Part shown: positions 18,971 through 31,100 of the stretch, one piece after another
Layout: the number at the start of each line of letters is the position of its first letter
How positions within the stretch are numbered: the first letter of the stretch is position 1
Source: an uncultured Desulfospira sp.
GTDB lineage: Bacteria > Desulfobacterota > Desulfobacteria > Desulfobacterales > Desulfobacteraceae
DNA: 64,000 nt
Reading direction: 5' to 3'
NCBI GenBank assembly: GCA_963663165.1
Contig: OY760175.1
Location: 3,296,001 to 3,360,000 of the forward strand
Notes under the pieces: model-generated
The model's database searches: none
What the model was told of the DNA's origin: nothing
What the model saw: the letters and a program-made list of their open reading frames with translations, nothing else
Made by a program: the position numbers and the translations under genes

Positions 18971-20539
18971 CTAAATCAGTCCCAGCACCTTCCACCAGGT
19001 ACAGACCACCCCCATCAGTATTAACAACAGGGCCGGGGTCGCCACAAGACCCACCTTGGTCAGGTCCGAAGACTTGAAATATTTATAGGAATAGGCAATG
19101 GCATTGGGCGGACACCCAATCACCAGCAGCATGGCAAAGGAGGTGGCCATGCCAAGCCCCAGTGCCAGGATGGTCGGGTTGACCCCTTCCAGCTGGGCCA
19201 TGGGAATTACAATAGGAAGAATCAGGGCCGCGGCCGCCACATTGGCCATGGCATTGGTCACCAGGGCGCCAAATACGGCCACGCCGGCAAACAGGACCAG
19301 CCATCCCTTCCCCTGGATCAGCGGGAAGAACAGGTTGGCAAAATAATCCGCTGCCCCGGAATACCCCATGGCCAGGCCCAGGGAGAGGCCCCCGCCAAAA
19401 ATAAACAGGGCCGTTCCCCACTCCAGGTTGTCGTTGATGTCCCGCCACTTTAAAACCTTAAACAGGACCAGGCAGGCCACCCCCACCATACCGGTAACCG
19501 AATAGTGCAGCCCGTGGATGCCCTTGGTCAACCAGGCCACGAAGGACAGTGCAATAATGATCAGTGCGGTTTTTTCAGCCGATGTCATGGGGCCTAAATC
19601 CTCATCAAAATCCGGCAGCTTGAACTTGGGGTCCGGACGGTAGATCATGTAAACGATCAGGACCGCTGCGGGCACACAGATAATGGCGGCCGGCATACAA
19701 TACTTGATCCAGTCAAAAAAAGTAATTTCAATGCCGGTGAACTCTTTTAAAAATGCCGCAGACACCATACACCGGCCGCCGCCCACCAGGGTTCCCATGC
19801 CGCCGCAGGAGCAGGCAAAGGGCAACGACAGCATCATGAACTTGGCCGTGTTGGTATTGGGATCAATGCCCACGGCCCGCATCAGCGGGAGCATGGTCAC
19901 AATGCCGATGGCACAGGCTGCGGCATCATGCATGAAAGAGGATGCAAGCCCTAAGCCCACGGCAATGATAAAGGTAAACCGGGTGACGGAATTGCCCGCC
20001 TTTTTAATAATAAAGTATCCCAGCCGTTTTGTCAGCCCCACTTTGTCCAGGGTAATGGCAAAAATCAGGCAGCACATGATAAAGACCACCACCGGGTGCA
20101 TATAAGGTGCCCAGGCATCCTTGACATCGGCAATGCCCAAAATGACAAGGGATGCGCCAATGAGGACCGCCGTAATCTCAAGGGGAATAGGCTCCATGAC
20201 AAAGAGGATGACCAGAACCGCCAGAACAGATAAGAACCGCTTGGCTTTGGGGCTCAATCCATCCACATAGTCCACCTGGACGGATCCAAGTCCCATTTCT
20301 TTGGCCTTTTCAGATAAAAATTTCACACTGGCCTGTTCTGTCCCCGGGGCTTTGGCTGTCAGCAACAGATTCTTGTCCTTGTTTTCCACACTGAAATACT
20401 GGGCCGCGGCCTGGGTGAGCTGGTCTGCCCCGGTTCCTGATACCTTGAATTTTGTCCCTTCGGGCCGGGGCAGCATAAATACGATGACGCCAACCATCAT
20501 GGCTGCCGCCAGTTTAAATCCATTTGTCTTAAATATCAT
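18971..20539 (-). CDS. SLC13/DASS-family anion permease
   Basis: Multi-TM; EPIPL, GGMGTLVGGGR, MANVAAA, IGCPPNAIAY. Confidence 0.9.
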   Translation of the reverse strand: MIFKTNGFKLAAAMMVGVIVFMLPRPEGTKFKVSGTGADQLTQAAAQYFSVENKDKNLLLTAKAPGTEQASVKFLSEKAKEMGLGSVQVDYVDGLSPKAKRFLSVLAVLVILFVMEPIPLEITAVLIGASLVILGIADVKDAWAPYMHPVVVFIMCCLIFAITLDKVGLTKRLGYFIIKKAGNSVTRFTFIIAVGLGLASSFMHDAAACAIGIVTMLPLMRAVGIDPNTNTAKFMMLSLPFACSCGGMGTLVGGGRCMVSAAFLKEFTGIEITFFDWIKYCMPAAIICVPAAVLIVYMIYRPDPKFKLPDFDEDLGPMTSAEKTALIIIALSFVAWLTKGIHGLHYSVTGMVGVACLVLFKVLKWRDINDNLEWGTALFIFGGGLSLGLAMGYSGAADYFANLFFPLIQGKGWLVLFAGVAVFGALVTNAMANVAAAALILPIVIPMAQLEGVNPTILALGLGMATSFAMLLVIGCPPNAIAYSYKYFKSSDLTKVGLVATPALLLILMGVVCTWWKVLGLI

Positions 20540-20945
20540 TGCTCTGGTTCTCCGTTTTGTTGATTCGATCCTGGCAGGCCAGGTTGATTTTCTCTATTAA
20601 CTCATTCAATTCGCATGGTTTGGTCAGATAATCAAAGGCACCGATTTCCATGCCGTCCTTTGCAGCCGTTTCAGACCCGTGTCCGGTCAGAATGATCACC
20701 GGCAGCTCCGGAGCCATTTTCCTGACAATCTTCAAGACCTCAATGCCGCCCATATCCTGCATTTTCAGGTCCAGGACCATGACGTCAAAAAAGGCCTGGC
20801 GCAGGGCTTGAAGCGCCTGGGTCCCGGAATAGGCCTTGACGGTCTCAATCCCCCTCCGGCCAAGCCGGTTAGACAGCACATCGAGAAATCCTTGTTCATC
20901 ATCCACTAGCAGCAGGCGGGTATGGGGTTTGGGGATATCTTTCAT
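20529..20945 (-). CDS. Single-domain response regulator
   Basis: LLLVDDE, LDLKM, LTGHGS, YLTKP; start moved to ATG 20945. Confidence 0.88.
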   Translation of the reverse strand: MKDIPKPHTRLLLVDDEQGFLDVLSNRLGRRGIETVKAYSGTQALQALRQAFFDVMVLDLKMQDMGGIEVLKIVRKMAPELPVIILTGHGSETAAKDGMEIGAFDYLTKPCELNELIEKINLACQDRINKTENQSNDI

Positions 20946-20994
20946 TTTATTCTTGCCTTTAATAAGTGATTGCAGGCGGTCGCTTCGCTCCGGC

Positions 20995-21420
20995 CTATAC
21001 CATTCGACCTGAAATTTCCCGGTGCCGGGCCTCCATGATCTTTTCCTCATGCTCTTGTTTCTTTCCGGCAGCCTTTTCCAGTTTTTCAATGAGCGCGGTA
21101 AGGTCGCAGGGTTTCATCAGGTAATCAAATGCCCCCTGCTTCATGCCTTCAATGGCCGATTCCACCGTGGCATGGCCCGTGAGCATGATCACTTCCACTA
21201 AAGGAAAGTCGGCTTTAATGGCCTTTAAGGTCTCAAGCCCGTCCATACCGGGCATCTTCACATCTAACACCACCACATCGGTGCTGCTGTTTTCTGAAAG
21301 AAAGTCAATGGCCGACTGCCCGTCATAGACGGCGTCCGCCTTGAGCTGACGTTTTTCCAGCCGTTTGATCAGGGTATCCAGAAACGCCTTTTCATCGTCC
21401 ACAAATAAAATTTTCATCAT
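20995..21420 (-). CDS. Single-domain response regulator
   Basis: ILFVDDE, LDVKMPGMDG, LTGHAT, YLMKP. Confidence 0.92.
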   Translation of the reverse strand: MMKILFVDDEKAFLDTLIKRLEKRQLKADAVYDGQSAIDFLSENSSTDVVVLDVKMPGMDGLETLKAIKADFPLVEVIMLTGHATVESAIEGMKQGAFDYLMKPCDLTALIEKLEKAAGKKQEHEEKIMEARHREISGRMV

Positions 21421-21421
21421 T

Positions 21422-23182
21422 TTAAATCTCCTTGTCTTTGTCCTGGTTCATATCAGGTTTAAATATTTTTTTTTCCTGCTGGTCATCCATGGGCAAACGA
21501 ATAAAAAAACTGGTGCCTTGGCCCACCCGGCTTTCTACCTCAATACTGCCGCCCATTTTCCGGATGATCCCGTAGCAGATGGAAAGGCCTAAACCGGTCC
21601 CCTTGCCCACGGCCTTGGTGGTGAAAAACGGATCAAAAATCCGGTCTAAATCGTGGGCTGGTATTCCGGGGCCATTATCATCCACGGTAATCAGCAGCAT
21701 GCCTTGATCCCGGGTGCTTAAGGCCGTTGAAATATCAACGGTGCCCCCCTCTTTTTCCATGGCGTCTATGGCGTTGTTGATGAGGTTGAGAATGACCTGC
21801 TGAAGTTCGGAAGGAGAAAAACGGATAAAGGGCAGGTCAGGTTCTAACCGGGTGCTGATGGTTACATTGTTATACCGGGCCATCTGAGCGGTGAGCCCAA
21901 CAATTTCAAGAATGGTGTCGTTGATGCAGATATCGGCCACGGCTGCATCGCTTTTCCGGGCAAAGCTCAAGAGTTTGTGGGTAATGTCCTTGCACCGCCG
22001 GCCCTGGGTCCTGATCTGTTCAATGGCCCGGTTAAATTCAGTCCGGCCGTCTAAAGTCATTTGGGTTTCTTCTTCCAGCAAATCCCCCATCCATCCGGCC
22101 TCTTCCACCATAATGGCCACGGGATTGTTGATTTCATGGGCAATCCCTGCGGCAAGCTCACCAATGCTGGCGAGTTTCCCGCTTTCCACCACCTGCTGGT
22201 TCATGGCTTCGCTTTCCCGGTCTGAATCGGCAATGCGGTTTACAAGGCTTTGGGGAAGTGTAAAAGAAACTGACAGGATGGCAATGCACCCTAGGGCAAA
22301 TACGGTAAGGGTCCACAGTTCGGCTTTGATCTGATCCTGGAAGGCATCCCGGGTATCCTGGCGGAACACCATGCGCCAGCCCACGGTTTTAAACATGGCC
22401 AAAGCGTAAATGTAAGTATCCCCATTGTCCCCGTCCTGTTTAAGGATAACGGTGTCCTTGTCTTTGAAAATGGCCGGGTCTGCGATGAACGAGGGAATCA
22501 CGGCCTGGCCGCCGGACCGGGGATGGGTTTGAAGCTTGCCCTGGGCATTAACGATAAACGCTGTGCCGGTCCGGCCGATCCTCACATTTTCCACCAGCAT
22601 GTTGAATGCTGTAAAATTAATGGTGGACCGCAAAATATAGGTGCGCCCCCGGCAGGACACCTTAACCGCCAGTATAAAATGGGGGTGGCCCCTTAAGCCG
22701 GCAAACACGTCAGATATATAATAGGGACTGTCCATGGCCTTACGGTACCATTCGGCCTTGCTGTAATCGGCGTATTCAAGACGGAAAGGCCCCTCATAGG
22801 CAAACTGGCGGCCATTGCTGTCCACTATCCCTAAGTCCGTGAACACATCCCCGTACTCGTTTTTAAGTTCCATCAACTGGCTTGCCAGAAAGGCCTGGGC
22901 CGTATCCGGCGAACCCGTGGAAAACTGCCGGGCCAGATACCGGATGTTCCCCAGTTTTTCGGCCAGAAAGGCATCAATATAACGAGTATGCTTAAGGACC
23001 AGTTCACAGATATGGGCACTGACCTTTTCCGAGTAGGCCAGGTGAAACTGCCAGCACAGAATGCCTGAGGTCAGCATCATGGGAATAAAGGAAACCAGCA
23101 GGATACGGATTCTGATTTTCCGGGTCAGCACCTGATAAAATTCTTTTCTATCCGATTTGGAGCGGCCTTTGATTAGGCTCAT
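21422..23182 (-). CDS. Cache-domain sensor histidine kinase
   Basis: Two TMs flanking a dCache-like region ([15 protein letters not shown]); AHEINNP; GTGLGL; paralog of 52057-53766. Confidence 0.93.
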   Translation of the reverse strand: MSLIKGRSKSDRKEFYQVLTRKIRIRILLVSFIPMMLTSGILCWQFHLAYSEKVSAHICELVLKHTRYIDAFLAEKLGNIRYLARQFSTGSPDTAQAFLASQLMELKNEYGDVFTDLGIVDSNGRQFAYEGPFRLEYADYSKAEWYRKAMDSPYYISDVFAGLRGHPHFILAVKVSCRGRTYILRSTINFTAFNMLVENVRIGRTGTAFIVNAQGKLQTHPRSGGQAVIPSFIADPAIFKDKDTVILKQDGDNGDTYIYALAMFKTVGWRMVFRQDTRDAFQDQIKAELWTLTVFALGCIAILSVSFTLPQSLVNRIADSDRESEAMNQQVVESGKLASIGELAAGIAHEINNPVAIMVEEAGWMGDLLEEETQMTLDGRTEFNRAIEQIRTQGRRCKDITHKLLSFARKSDAAVADICINDTILEIVGLTAQMARYNNVTISTRLEPDLPFIRFSPSELQQVILNLINNAIDAMEKEGGTVDISTALSTRDQGMLLITVDDNGPGIPAHDLDRIFDPFFTTKAVGKGTGLGLSICYGIIRKMGGSIEVESRVGQGTSFFIRLPMDDQQEKKIFKPDMNQDKDKEI

Positions 23183-23241
23183 ATATTGTCTCCCGTCAGC
23201 ATTAAGACGTTACTGTCCATTTGCTTTATGCTCACAGGGAT

Positions 23242-23364
23242 ATCAAGATATATGCCACTTGCGGGGAAAAGATAAAATTTTAATCAAGCGTTTGAAAATA
23301 CAGAAGAATAAAAAAACATGACAGAGGGTTAAAAAGCCTGTCGCCTGTCACGTTTTTTTACAGT
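23242..23364 (-). promoter_or_regulatory. Sigma-54-like promoter with IHF-like site and enhancer-like motif
   Basis: TGGCAT-ATATC-TTGAT (23257-23242, non-canonical -12); AATCAAGCGTTTG near 23282; TGTCACGTTTTTTTACAGT 23346-23364. Confidence 0.55.
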
Positions 23365-23436
23365 GTGTAAAAACTATAAAAAAAGGGGGGGCGGAGACGG
23401 GGCTCTGCTGAACAGTTACATAAATTTTTGATATGC

Positions 23437-26400
23437 TTACCCTGTCATCGGTCCCAGGCGCTCTTTCACGAGATTCAATTCCTCGATGGCCTCATCGGTA
23501 TCAAAGTCGCTTAACAGATCGCAGACCTTTTTCATATCAATGGCATAGGGGGTTCCCCCCAGCATGCCGGCAAGTTCTTCGGCCTTGTCCATGGCCTCTG
23601 ATATATTGGTCGCGATCAGGGCTGAAATCCGGTCCATTAACTCCGGGGCATGGGTCAGGTCCCCGGGGGGGTGAGATGTTACGGTTTCTTCAATGGCCTC
23701 GCCAAGTTCGGTAAGGGAGTGCAGCACTTCATCCAGATCGTCTTTAACAGCGCTCAAAAGAGGTCCGGCATCAGTTTTCCCCTCCCGCAGGGCCGTTTCC
23801 AGGGCACCGGAGGCGCCGGCCAGTTTTCCGGCCCCTAGGTTGGCGGCCACGCCCTTGAGGGTATGGGCCAGGCGGACGGCATCTTCATGGCGCCCGTCTG
23901 CCATGGCGGCGGATATGTCCGAAGGCGTGGAAGCATAGTTGTCCCGGAAGCGGCGCAGCAGCTTCTTGTAAAGTTTCTGGTTGCCGGACACCGAGGACAA
24001 TCCGTCGCTGATGGATATCCCGGGAACCCCGGCCATGGGCAGGCTGTTTTCGGACTGATCTTCAAGGTCCTGAGACGTCCGGTCCTCAAGTCCTTCAGGA
24101 ATTTCACGCTGGCCGGGTTTGATCCATTTCACCAGGGTTTGATTCAGCTCTACCGGATCGATGGGCTTTGTGATGTGGTCGTTCATGCCCGCACTCAGGC
24201 TTTTATCCCGGTCGCTGCTCATGGCGTGGGCGGTCATGGCCACAATGGGCAAATCTTCAATGCCCTGGCTTCTGATAGCCACTGAAGCGGCCAGGCCGTC
24301 CATTTCAGGCATCTGGATATCCATCAGCACCAGGTCAAATTCTTTGTCCCCGCCATCGGCCAGCGCCTGCACGGCTTGCAGGCCATTGTCCACCACGGCC
24401 ACCTCCAAGCCGACGGTTTCCAGCAGCTCAACGGCGATCTGCTGATTGATTTCGTTATCTTCGGCCAGGAGGACCCGGGCCCCGCGGATGGCATCCAGCC
24501 CCTGGACTGTCTCTTCTTCAATCTGGTCTCTTTTTCCGGATATGCCCGCATTCAGGCCCATGACCTCAAGGATGGTGTCCAGCAATTCTGAAATGTTCAC
24601 CGGTTTGACCAGAAACGCATCGGCACCGGCATCCCGGGACCGTTTCATCACGCCTTCCCGGCCAAAGGCTGAGACCATGATCACCGAAATCTTATCGGCC
24701 CATCCGGGGGTTTGTTTTATTTTCAAGGTGGCTTCAGCGCCAGTCATCCCCGGCATTTTGTAATCCATCAGCACCAGGGAAAATTGTTCCTCCTCAGGGG
24801 TGTTCTCAATAATGCTAAGGGCCCGCTCCCCCGAATTGACCGCTGTCACTTCCAGTTTCAAGGCTTCCAGCAAGGATTTTAAAGTGAGCTGTGACGCCTC
24901 GCTGTCATCCACCACCAGGGCCCGTTTCCCTTTCAGGTCATTGGCCAGTAAGGTGTAATCTTTGGGAACTGTTTGACCGGCAACCGGAATTTCCAAAAGA
25001 CAGGTGAACCAGAAGGTGCTGCCTTTGCCATATTCACTTTCAAGGCCGATCTCACCGCCCATAAGTTCCACAAGCCGCTTGCAGATGGACAACCCCAATC
25101 CCGTGCCCCCGTATTTTCGCGTCGTCGAGGTATCGGCCTGGGTAAAGGGCTGGAAAAGTTTTTCGCATTGCTCTTTGGTCAGGCCGATGCCTGAATCGGT
25201 CACACTGAATTTGACCAGCAGACGATTCTCCAGGTGTTTGACGATTTTTGATTTAACAACAATTTCCCCTTTTTCCGTGAATTTAATGGCATTGCTGACA
25301 AAATTCAAAAGGACCTGGCCCAGCCGGAAGGGATCACCGATCAGGTCACCGGGGATGTCCATATCCTGGTCAATGATAAATTCCAGCTCTTTTTCCTGGG
25401 CCTTCTGGGAAATAACGGCGGAAAGGTTATTGAACACCTTATCCAGGTCAAAGTGGATGTTTTCAATATCCAGCTGTCCGGCCTCGATCTTTGAAAAATC
25501 TAAAATATCGTTGATAAGCCCCAAAAGTGCCTTGGCTGAACTGTCGATTTTGTATATGTAATCCTCCTGCTTGGGATTCAGCTCGGTCTTGAGGACCAGA
25601 TGGGTCATCCCAAGGATGGCGTTCATGGGGGTGCGGATTTCATGGCTCATGTTGGCCAGAAAACCGCTTTTGGCCTGGTTGGCCTGCTCTGCTTCCCGCA
25701 TGGCCACCACCAGCTGTTTGGTCCGCTCTTCCACGAGTTCCTCCAGGGATTCCTGGTATTTTTTACGTTCTGTAACGTCCATGGCCGTGAAGCAAAAGCC
25801 CTGGTTGATGTCATTATCATCAAGGGGGACCAGGCTTAACTGCATGTTCTTAATGGATTTGTCCCTGCTTTGGAAAACAGTTTCCAGGGAGGCGGTTCCC
25901 TGTTCCTTGATTTGCCTGTAATAGTCCTTACCCACAGCCTGAAAAATCTCTTCGCTGGGATAAAGGACCCGGGTACTTTTGCCCAGAAGTTCCGTCAGGG
26001 GGCGGTCAAGAATCCGGCCGAGTTCCTCATTAACATGGGTCAGAACCCGGTCCTTTACCATACCGATGCCAACGGTGGCGGCCTTGAAAATACTGTTCAT
26101 CTCCGCCTGCCGGCGCAGCAGCCTTTTCTCGTCTTTCTTACGTTCCGTAATGTCCATGATGGTAAACGAATGGCCCTGGCTCTGGTCCTGTTCATTTAAC
26201 GGCGACATGGTGATATATACATCTTTTAACGTCCCGTCCTTGCTCTGGAAAACAGACTCCAGCTGAGCCTTTCCATTTTCTGTAAGCTGTTTGTAAGCCT
26301 CCTCTCCCGTGGACAGGAATATGTCGTCACTTTCATAAAAAATCCGGGTGCTTTCCCCCAAAAGCTCCGATACAGGACGGCCAAGAATCCTGCCTAATTC

Positions 26401-27621
26401 CTCGTTGGTATGGATGATAATGCGGTCCTTTAACATGCCGATGCCCACACTGGATGCCCTGAGGATGCTGTCCAGTTCCGCCTGCCGCCGGATCAGCTCC
26501 TGTTCGAATTTTTTGCGTTTGGTGATGTCCATGACCGTAAACGCATATCCCTGGCTCTGGTCATGTTCGTTTACCGGGGCCAGGCGGATCTCCACGTCCT
26601 TGAGGGTACCGTCCTTACACCGAAAAACCGTTTCCAGGGACGAATACCCCTGGGTTGCCAGCTGGGAATACCCGATCTTGCCGGTGGACATGTAAACTTC
26701 CTCACTGGGATAAAAGATCCGGGTACTCTGGCCGGCCAGTTCCGCCACGGACCGGCCCAGAATTCTGGCCAGCTTCTCGTTGACATGGACCAGGCAGCGG
26801 TCCTTGACCATGCCGATTCCCACGGTCGCGGCCTTGAGAATGCTGGCGGTCTCGGCCTGCCGGCGAAGCAGTTTTTTCTCATAGTTATCACGCTCCAGTT
26901 CTTTGATCTTTATCTGTTCCACCATATCAATAAAACAGTTAAACAGAACCCCGATTTCATCTTTCTTCTTTTTTCGCTCCAGGTCCGTGGGAACATCTTT
27001 TGCGTCAGCCAGGTTGCGGGCAATATGGGCCAGCTGGCCAAGGGGCCGGCTCAACGGAATAATGGTGAACAATACAACAATGATGATCAACACACCGATA
27101 ATGGTATAAATGATCACAATTCTGTGATTCAAGCTGCTCACTGCCTTTAAAATAACCTGTTCCGTATAAAACAACTCTATCTTGCCGACCAGCTCGCTAT
27201 CATAGAAAATTGCTTTTGAAATTTGTTTAATATTCACGGCATCGGGCGGTATGGTGTAGGGGGTGATAACATCTTTTTCAATCCGGGGCGTATCCGTTAA
27301 TTCTTTATCCACAGGCGGTTGTTTGAATGAAGCGGATAGGCTGTTAACATCAAACACATTCACCGCCACAAAAAATTCATTTTGCAGAATCACCCGGCTC
27401 AGCCGATCGACTGCCGCATCATCAAAATCCCAAAGCGGTTTTGAAAAGGCTATATTTGAAAATTCGACAATACTTGCAATGGAGTTGTTCAGGTATTCGG
27501 TTAATGTCGCCTTATTGGCCCTGGTGATAAACGCCAGTGCGGCCATCCCGCTCAAAATAATGATCAATAAGATAACGGCAGCCAGTTTAAAGGCAACTTT
27601 GTTTCTAATTTGCGAAAACAT
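23437..27621 (-). CDS. Hybrid sensor kinase (TM-HAMP-3xPAS-HisKA-HATPase-2xREC-Hpt)
   Basis: [22 protein letters not shown]; two REC domains; AHTLKG Hpt; start ATG 27621 after AGGGAG. Confidence 0.95.
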   Translation of the reverse strand: MFSQIRNKVAFKLAAVILLIIILSGMAALAFITRANKATLTEYLNNSIASIVEFSNIAFSKPLWDFDDAAVDRLSRVILQNEFFVAVNVFDVNSLSASFKQPPVDKELTDTPRIEKDVITPYTIPPDAVNIKQISKAIFYDSELVGKIELFYTEQVILKAVSSLNHRIVIIYTIIGVLIIIVVLFTIIPLSRPLGQLAHIARNLADAKDVPTDLERKKKKDEIGVLFNCFIDMVEQIKIKELERDNYEKKLLRRQAETASILKAATVGIGMVKDRCLVHVNEKLARILGRSVAELAGQSTRIFYPSEEVYMSTGKIGYSQLATQGYSSLETVFRCKDGTLKDVEIRLAPVNEHDQSQGYAFTVMDITKRKKFEQELIRRQAELDSILRASSVGIGMLKDRIIIHTNEELGRILGRPVSELLGESTRIFYESDDIFLSTGEEAYKQLTENGKAQLESVFQSKDGTLKDVYITMSPLNEQDQSQGHSFTIMDITERKKDEKRLLRRQAEMNSIFKAATVGIGMVKDRVLTHVNEELGRILDRPLTELLGKSTRVLYPSEEIFQAVGKDYYRQIKEQGTASLETVFQSRDKSIKNMQLSLVPLDDNDINQGFCFTAMDVTERKKYQESLEELVEERTKQLVVAMREAEQANQAKSGFLANMSHEIRTPMNAILGMTHLVLKTELNPKQEDYIYKIDSSAKALLGLINDILDFSKIEAGQLDIENIHFDLDKVFNNLSAVISQKAQEKELEFIIDQDMDIPGDLIGDPFRLGQVLLNFVSNAIKFTEKGEIVVKSKIVKHLENRLLVKFSVTDSGIGLTKEQCEKLFQPFTQADTSTTRKYGGTGLGLSICKRLVELMGGEIGLESEYGKGSTFWFTCLLEIPVAGQTVPKDYTLLANDLKGKRALVVDDSEASQLTLKSLLEALKLEVTAVNSGERALSIIENTPEEEQFSLVLMDYKMPGMTGAEATLKIKQTPGWADKISVIMVSAFGREGVMKRSRDAGADAFLVKPVNISELLDTILEVMGLNAGISGKRDQIEEETVQGLDAIRGARVLLAEDNEINQQIAVELLETVGLEVAVVDNGLQAVQALADGGDKEFDLVLMDIQMPEMDGLAASVAIRSQGIEDLPIVAMTAHAMSSDRDKSLSAGMNDHITKPIDPVELNQTLVKWIKPGQREIPEGLEDRTSQDLEDQSENSLPMAGVPGISISDGLSSVSGNQKLYKKLLRRFRDNYASTPSDISAAMADGRHEDAVRLAHTLKGVAANLGAGKLAGASGALETALREGKTDAGPLLSAVKDDLDEVLHSLTELGEAIEETVTSHPPGDLTHAPELMDRISALIATNISEAMDKAEELAGMLGGTPYAIDMKKVCDLLSDFDTDEAIEELNLVKERLGPMTG

Positions 27622-27891
27622 GAATTTCTCCCTATGGTGATAAGCAGATGCGAATATCCTGAACCATACCGCCATCTCTTTTTTTTCGTCAAGTATTTTA
27701 ATATCCGATGCGGCGGTGTTGATTTAATGGTTCCATTATTACAAGAATCGAACGGTCCCCTTAAAATCGCTTTATAGGTCTTACGAAAATACCACGAAAA
27801 CGCTTTAAGATACAACAAAATGTAACACAGACGGAAAAGGGGGAGGCGGGAGCAGGACGGCCGCAGACCGGATATAAATTCTAAAACCGCG

Positions 27892-28043
27892 GTAACTATT
27901 CAGCTAATGCTGAAAACTAAGCAAAACCAGGGTCCGTAACTGTTCATCAGTGCTTCATATTTGTTTAGTCAGGACTTCGTAGCATACTTTTGCAATGTGA
28001 GAAGGCCTGAATGAGCGAAGATGGGGCACTGCTGAACAGTTAC
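27892..28043. mobile_element. 152-bp MITE, copy 2 (inverted relative to copy 1)
   Basis: Same terminal inverted repeats; 8-bp direct repeat AAACCGCG at 27884-27891 and 28044-28051. Confidence 0.92.
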
Positions 28044-28178
28044 AAACCGCGCAGCATTCGGTCTCCCGTTTCCTGTCTCCGTTACAACTTGTTTTTCAAG
28101 GCTTTCAATGCTAAATTTTAAGGATTGGTAAAGACCGGATATGACGTTTGAGGGGAAGTGAGGAGAACACGGGTTAAG

Positions 28179-31100
28179 ATGGGGACCATTGAGGAACATT
28201 TTTATGCCATAGACAAAGAGAGCCGGGAAATCGGCCTGTTTACCTGTCTTATCCCGCCGCCGGTTTCTTTGGATGCCCTGTGCTTTATCACACAATACTC
28301 GCCGGTAAAGACCCTCCAGGTGGTTGAAGGATTTGTCAAAACGGGCCATCTGCTCAGGGATGACGAAAAGGGGGCGGGATATTATTGCCTTTCGGACGTT
28401 AAGCGCGCACCGGCATGGGTTGGGCAGTTTCCACCCGAAGAACTGGCCCTGGCCGTCGACAAAGCTGTCAAGGGCCTGTGCCGCTATTATCCGGACGGGG
28501 CCAAGCGATGGCTGGGCCTGGCCAATGTCTATCAGGTCTCGGGCCTGCCGGTGCGCCATTTCAAAGAACTGATCCATGCCGGCCATTACTGCACCGAATT
28601 AAACCTTCCCGCCGAGGCCGCCGTTTATTACCAGATGGCTTTGGAAGGCATGCTCGAAGCCCGGACCCAACTGGATCCAGCGGAAAAAGAAGCGTTTATA
28701 GACGGGGCCATCGGTGTCTGTACATGCAAAGACTCGGCCTTGTCCCCATATGTTCAACGCCGTTTTCTGGGGCAGGCGTTAATGTTCTGCCGAGGCCGGT
28801 CCGAACCTGCCAGGGAAATCCGGCTGCGGACAATGGTTGCCAAGACTTATATCAAGACCGACGAGTCAGATGAAGCCGCAAGGCAGCTTAAACAGGCCTG
28901 GGATATGCTCGAAAACGCTGAGCTGTCCCATGAACTCAAGATTCAGGTGGCCCTGGCCTATTCCGAACTGCTGTTCTGGAAAGGCTTTGTTACCAGGGCC
29001 ATTGAACGGTACGAGTCAGTGATCACCGACCATGAACAGCTGCCCAATGACGTGGAGACCCTTAAAGGGTGTATCCGCCTTGGCTGGACTTACGGGGTGG
29101 CCGGTGAAACCGCCCGGGGGCTGGGGCTGATCAGAACCGTCCGGAACAAAGCCAGGGAGCTTGGCGCCAAAACCCTTGAACTTTACGCCACCTTATATAT
29201 GGTGATCCTGCTGTCCGATGCCGGAAGGATTGAGGAAGGAGAGGTCTTTCTTGATGAGGTTTTTCAGGCCCCTGAAGACCAGCTCGATAATTATATTCGC
29301 TGGCCCGGCAACGGGAAACGGGCCTTTTTTGCCTATTGCCGGGGGGATTATGAAAAATCCTTCTACTATCTGGGCCAGGCCTGGGAAAATTCCAAGGCCC
29401 TTGAAACCCCCCACCAGCGGGGGCCGGACAACCTTGAATTCATGCTGGGCTTGGAAGAGCTGGGCATGGTTCACCCCGAGTGGAATTTTGATACGGAAAT
29501 TGAGCGGCTGCTCAACTGGCCGGATATTTATATGAAGGGGGTGGGGTACCGGTTCCGTGCCCTGAAATCCTACCGGCACCACGGCCCTTCAGACTCAGTC
29601 AAGGACGATCTGAAAAAAAGCCTGGTGCTGCTGACCCGGGCCGGTGCCAAAATTGAGCTGTCCCATGCCCAGGTGCTGATGGCCAGGGTCCGGCTCGGTG
29701 AAAAGAATATCCAGGCCGCTGAAAAACTGCTTAAAAGCGCCTGGGAGGTGTTTTCCAAAGTCAATCCCAAGCTGATGCCCCAGGACCTTCAGACCTATCT
29801 TGATCCGGCATCCAAAAATGCGCTGTGGGTGGATTCCCTGTTGCAGGTGGGCGATGCGTTGGGGAGCATCCGGACCCGGCGGGAGCTTTTGGGGCAGATC
29901 ATCAAGCAGGCCATGCGGCTTGCCGGGGCTGAAAGGGGGGCTATCTTTCTTCAGCAGGGCCGGGACCTGGAAATTGTGGCCACACGGAATATCGAGACCC
30001 GTGAAATTTCCTCTAATCATTTCAGCCTCCAGATGAAGGTCATCAAAAATGTATTTAAAACCGGCAGTGAAATTATCCGAAAGGCAAGTCTGATCCAGCT
30101 GGCCAAGAACATCAACCAGAGTCCTTCCGGGTGGACCGGATGTTTCCCCATTCAGCTCAAGGCCCGGACCTTGGGGGTTCTGTTCATGGACTGCGGCCTG
30201 ACACGGCTGCAGCTGCCCGACGATGAGGTCTCCTTGTTGAGGATCATCTGCAACCAGGCGGCCGTGGCCCTTGCCAACCTGGAAGCCTATGAGGAAATCC
30301 TTGACCTGAACAATGAACTGGAGGCGGAAACCCTGTCATACCGGGCACCCATTGAGCCGGGCCTGGTCCATACAAAGATGATCGGCCGAACCCCGCCTTT
30401 TGAAAAAATGCTGGGATTGATCCGCCAGGTGGCCGGGTCGGATTCCACCGTGATGATTACCGGGGAGACTGGCGTGGGAAAGGATTTGGTGGCCCAGGCC
30501 ATTCACCGCCACAGCAAGCGGTCGGGCGGCCCGTTTATTGCCGTCAATGTGGTCTCGCTGAGCCCGGAGCTCATCGCAAGCGAACTGTTCGGCCATGAAA
30601 AAGGGGCCTTTACCGGCGCATCCGGCACCCGGAAGGGCCGGTTTGAACTGGCCAGTGACGGCACCCTTTTCCTGGATGATATTGACGCCTTTTCCCTGGA
30701 TATCCAGGCCAAGATGCTGCGGGTGCTGGAAGCCAGGGAATTTGAGCGGGTTGGCGGGACCCGGACCTTAAAGACCCGCTTCCGTCTGGTGGCGGCCAGC
30801 AACCGGAATATAGAAGACCTGGTGGATCAAGGCCTTTTCCGGTCAGACTTTTACTTCCGGCTCAATGTTTTTCCCATCCGGGTCCCCCCCTTACGGGAGC
30901 GAAAGGATGACATTCCGCTGCTGGGCCGGTATTTTATGGATAAATTCTGCCGGAAATTCGAAAAAAAATTTGACCAGATTTCCAGAAAAGACCTTGAAAT
31001 GCTGATGAATTACCACTGGCCGGGCAATATCCGGGAGCTGCGCCATGTCATTGAGCGGGCCGTCCTGCTCAGCAGCAACGGGCGCCTGGTCATCCCGCCC

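Noticed and set aside
27969..28586. 205-aa minus-strand ORF
   Set aside because: Antisense to the activator and ends inside the MITE; no recognisable motifs
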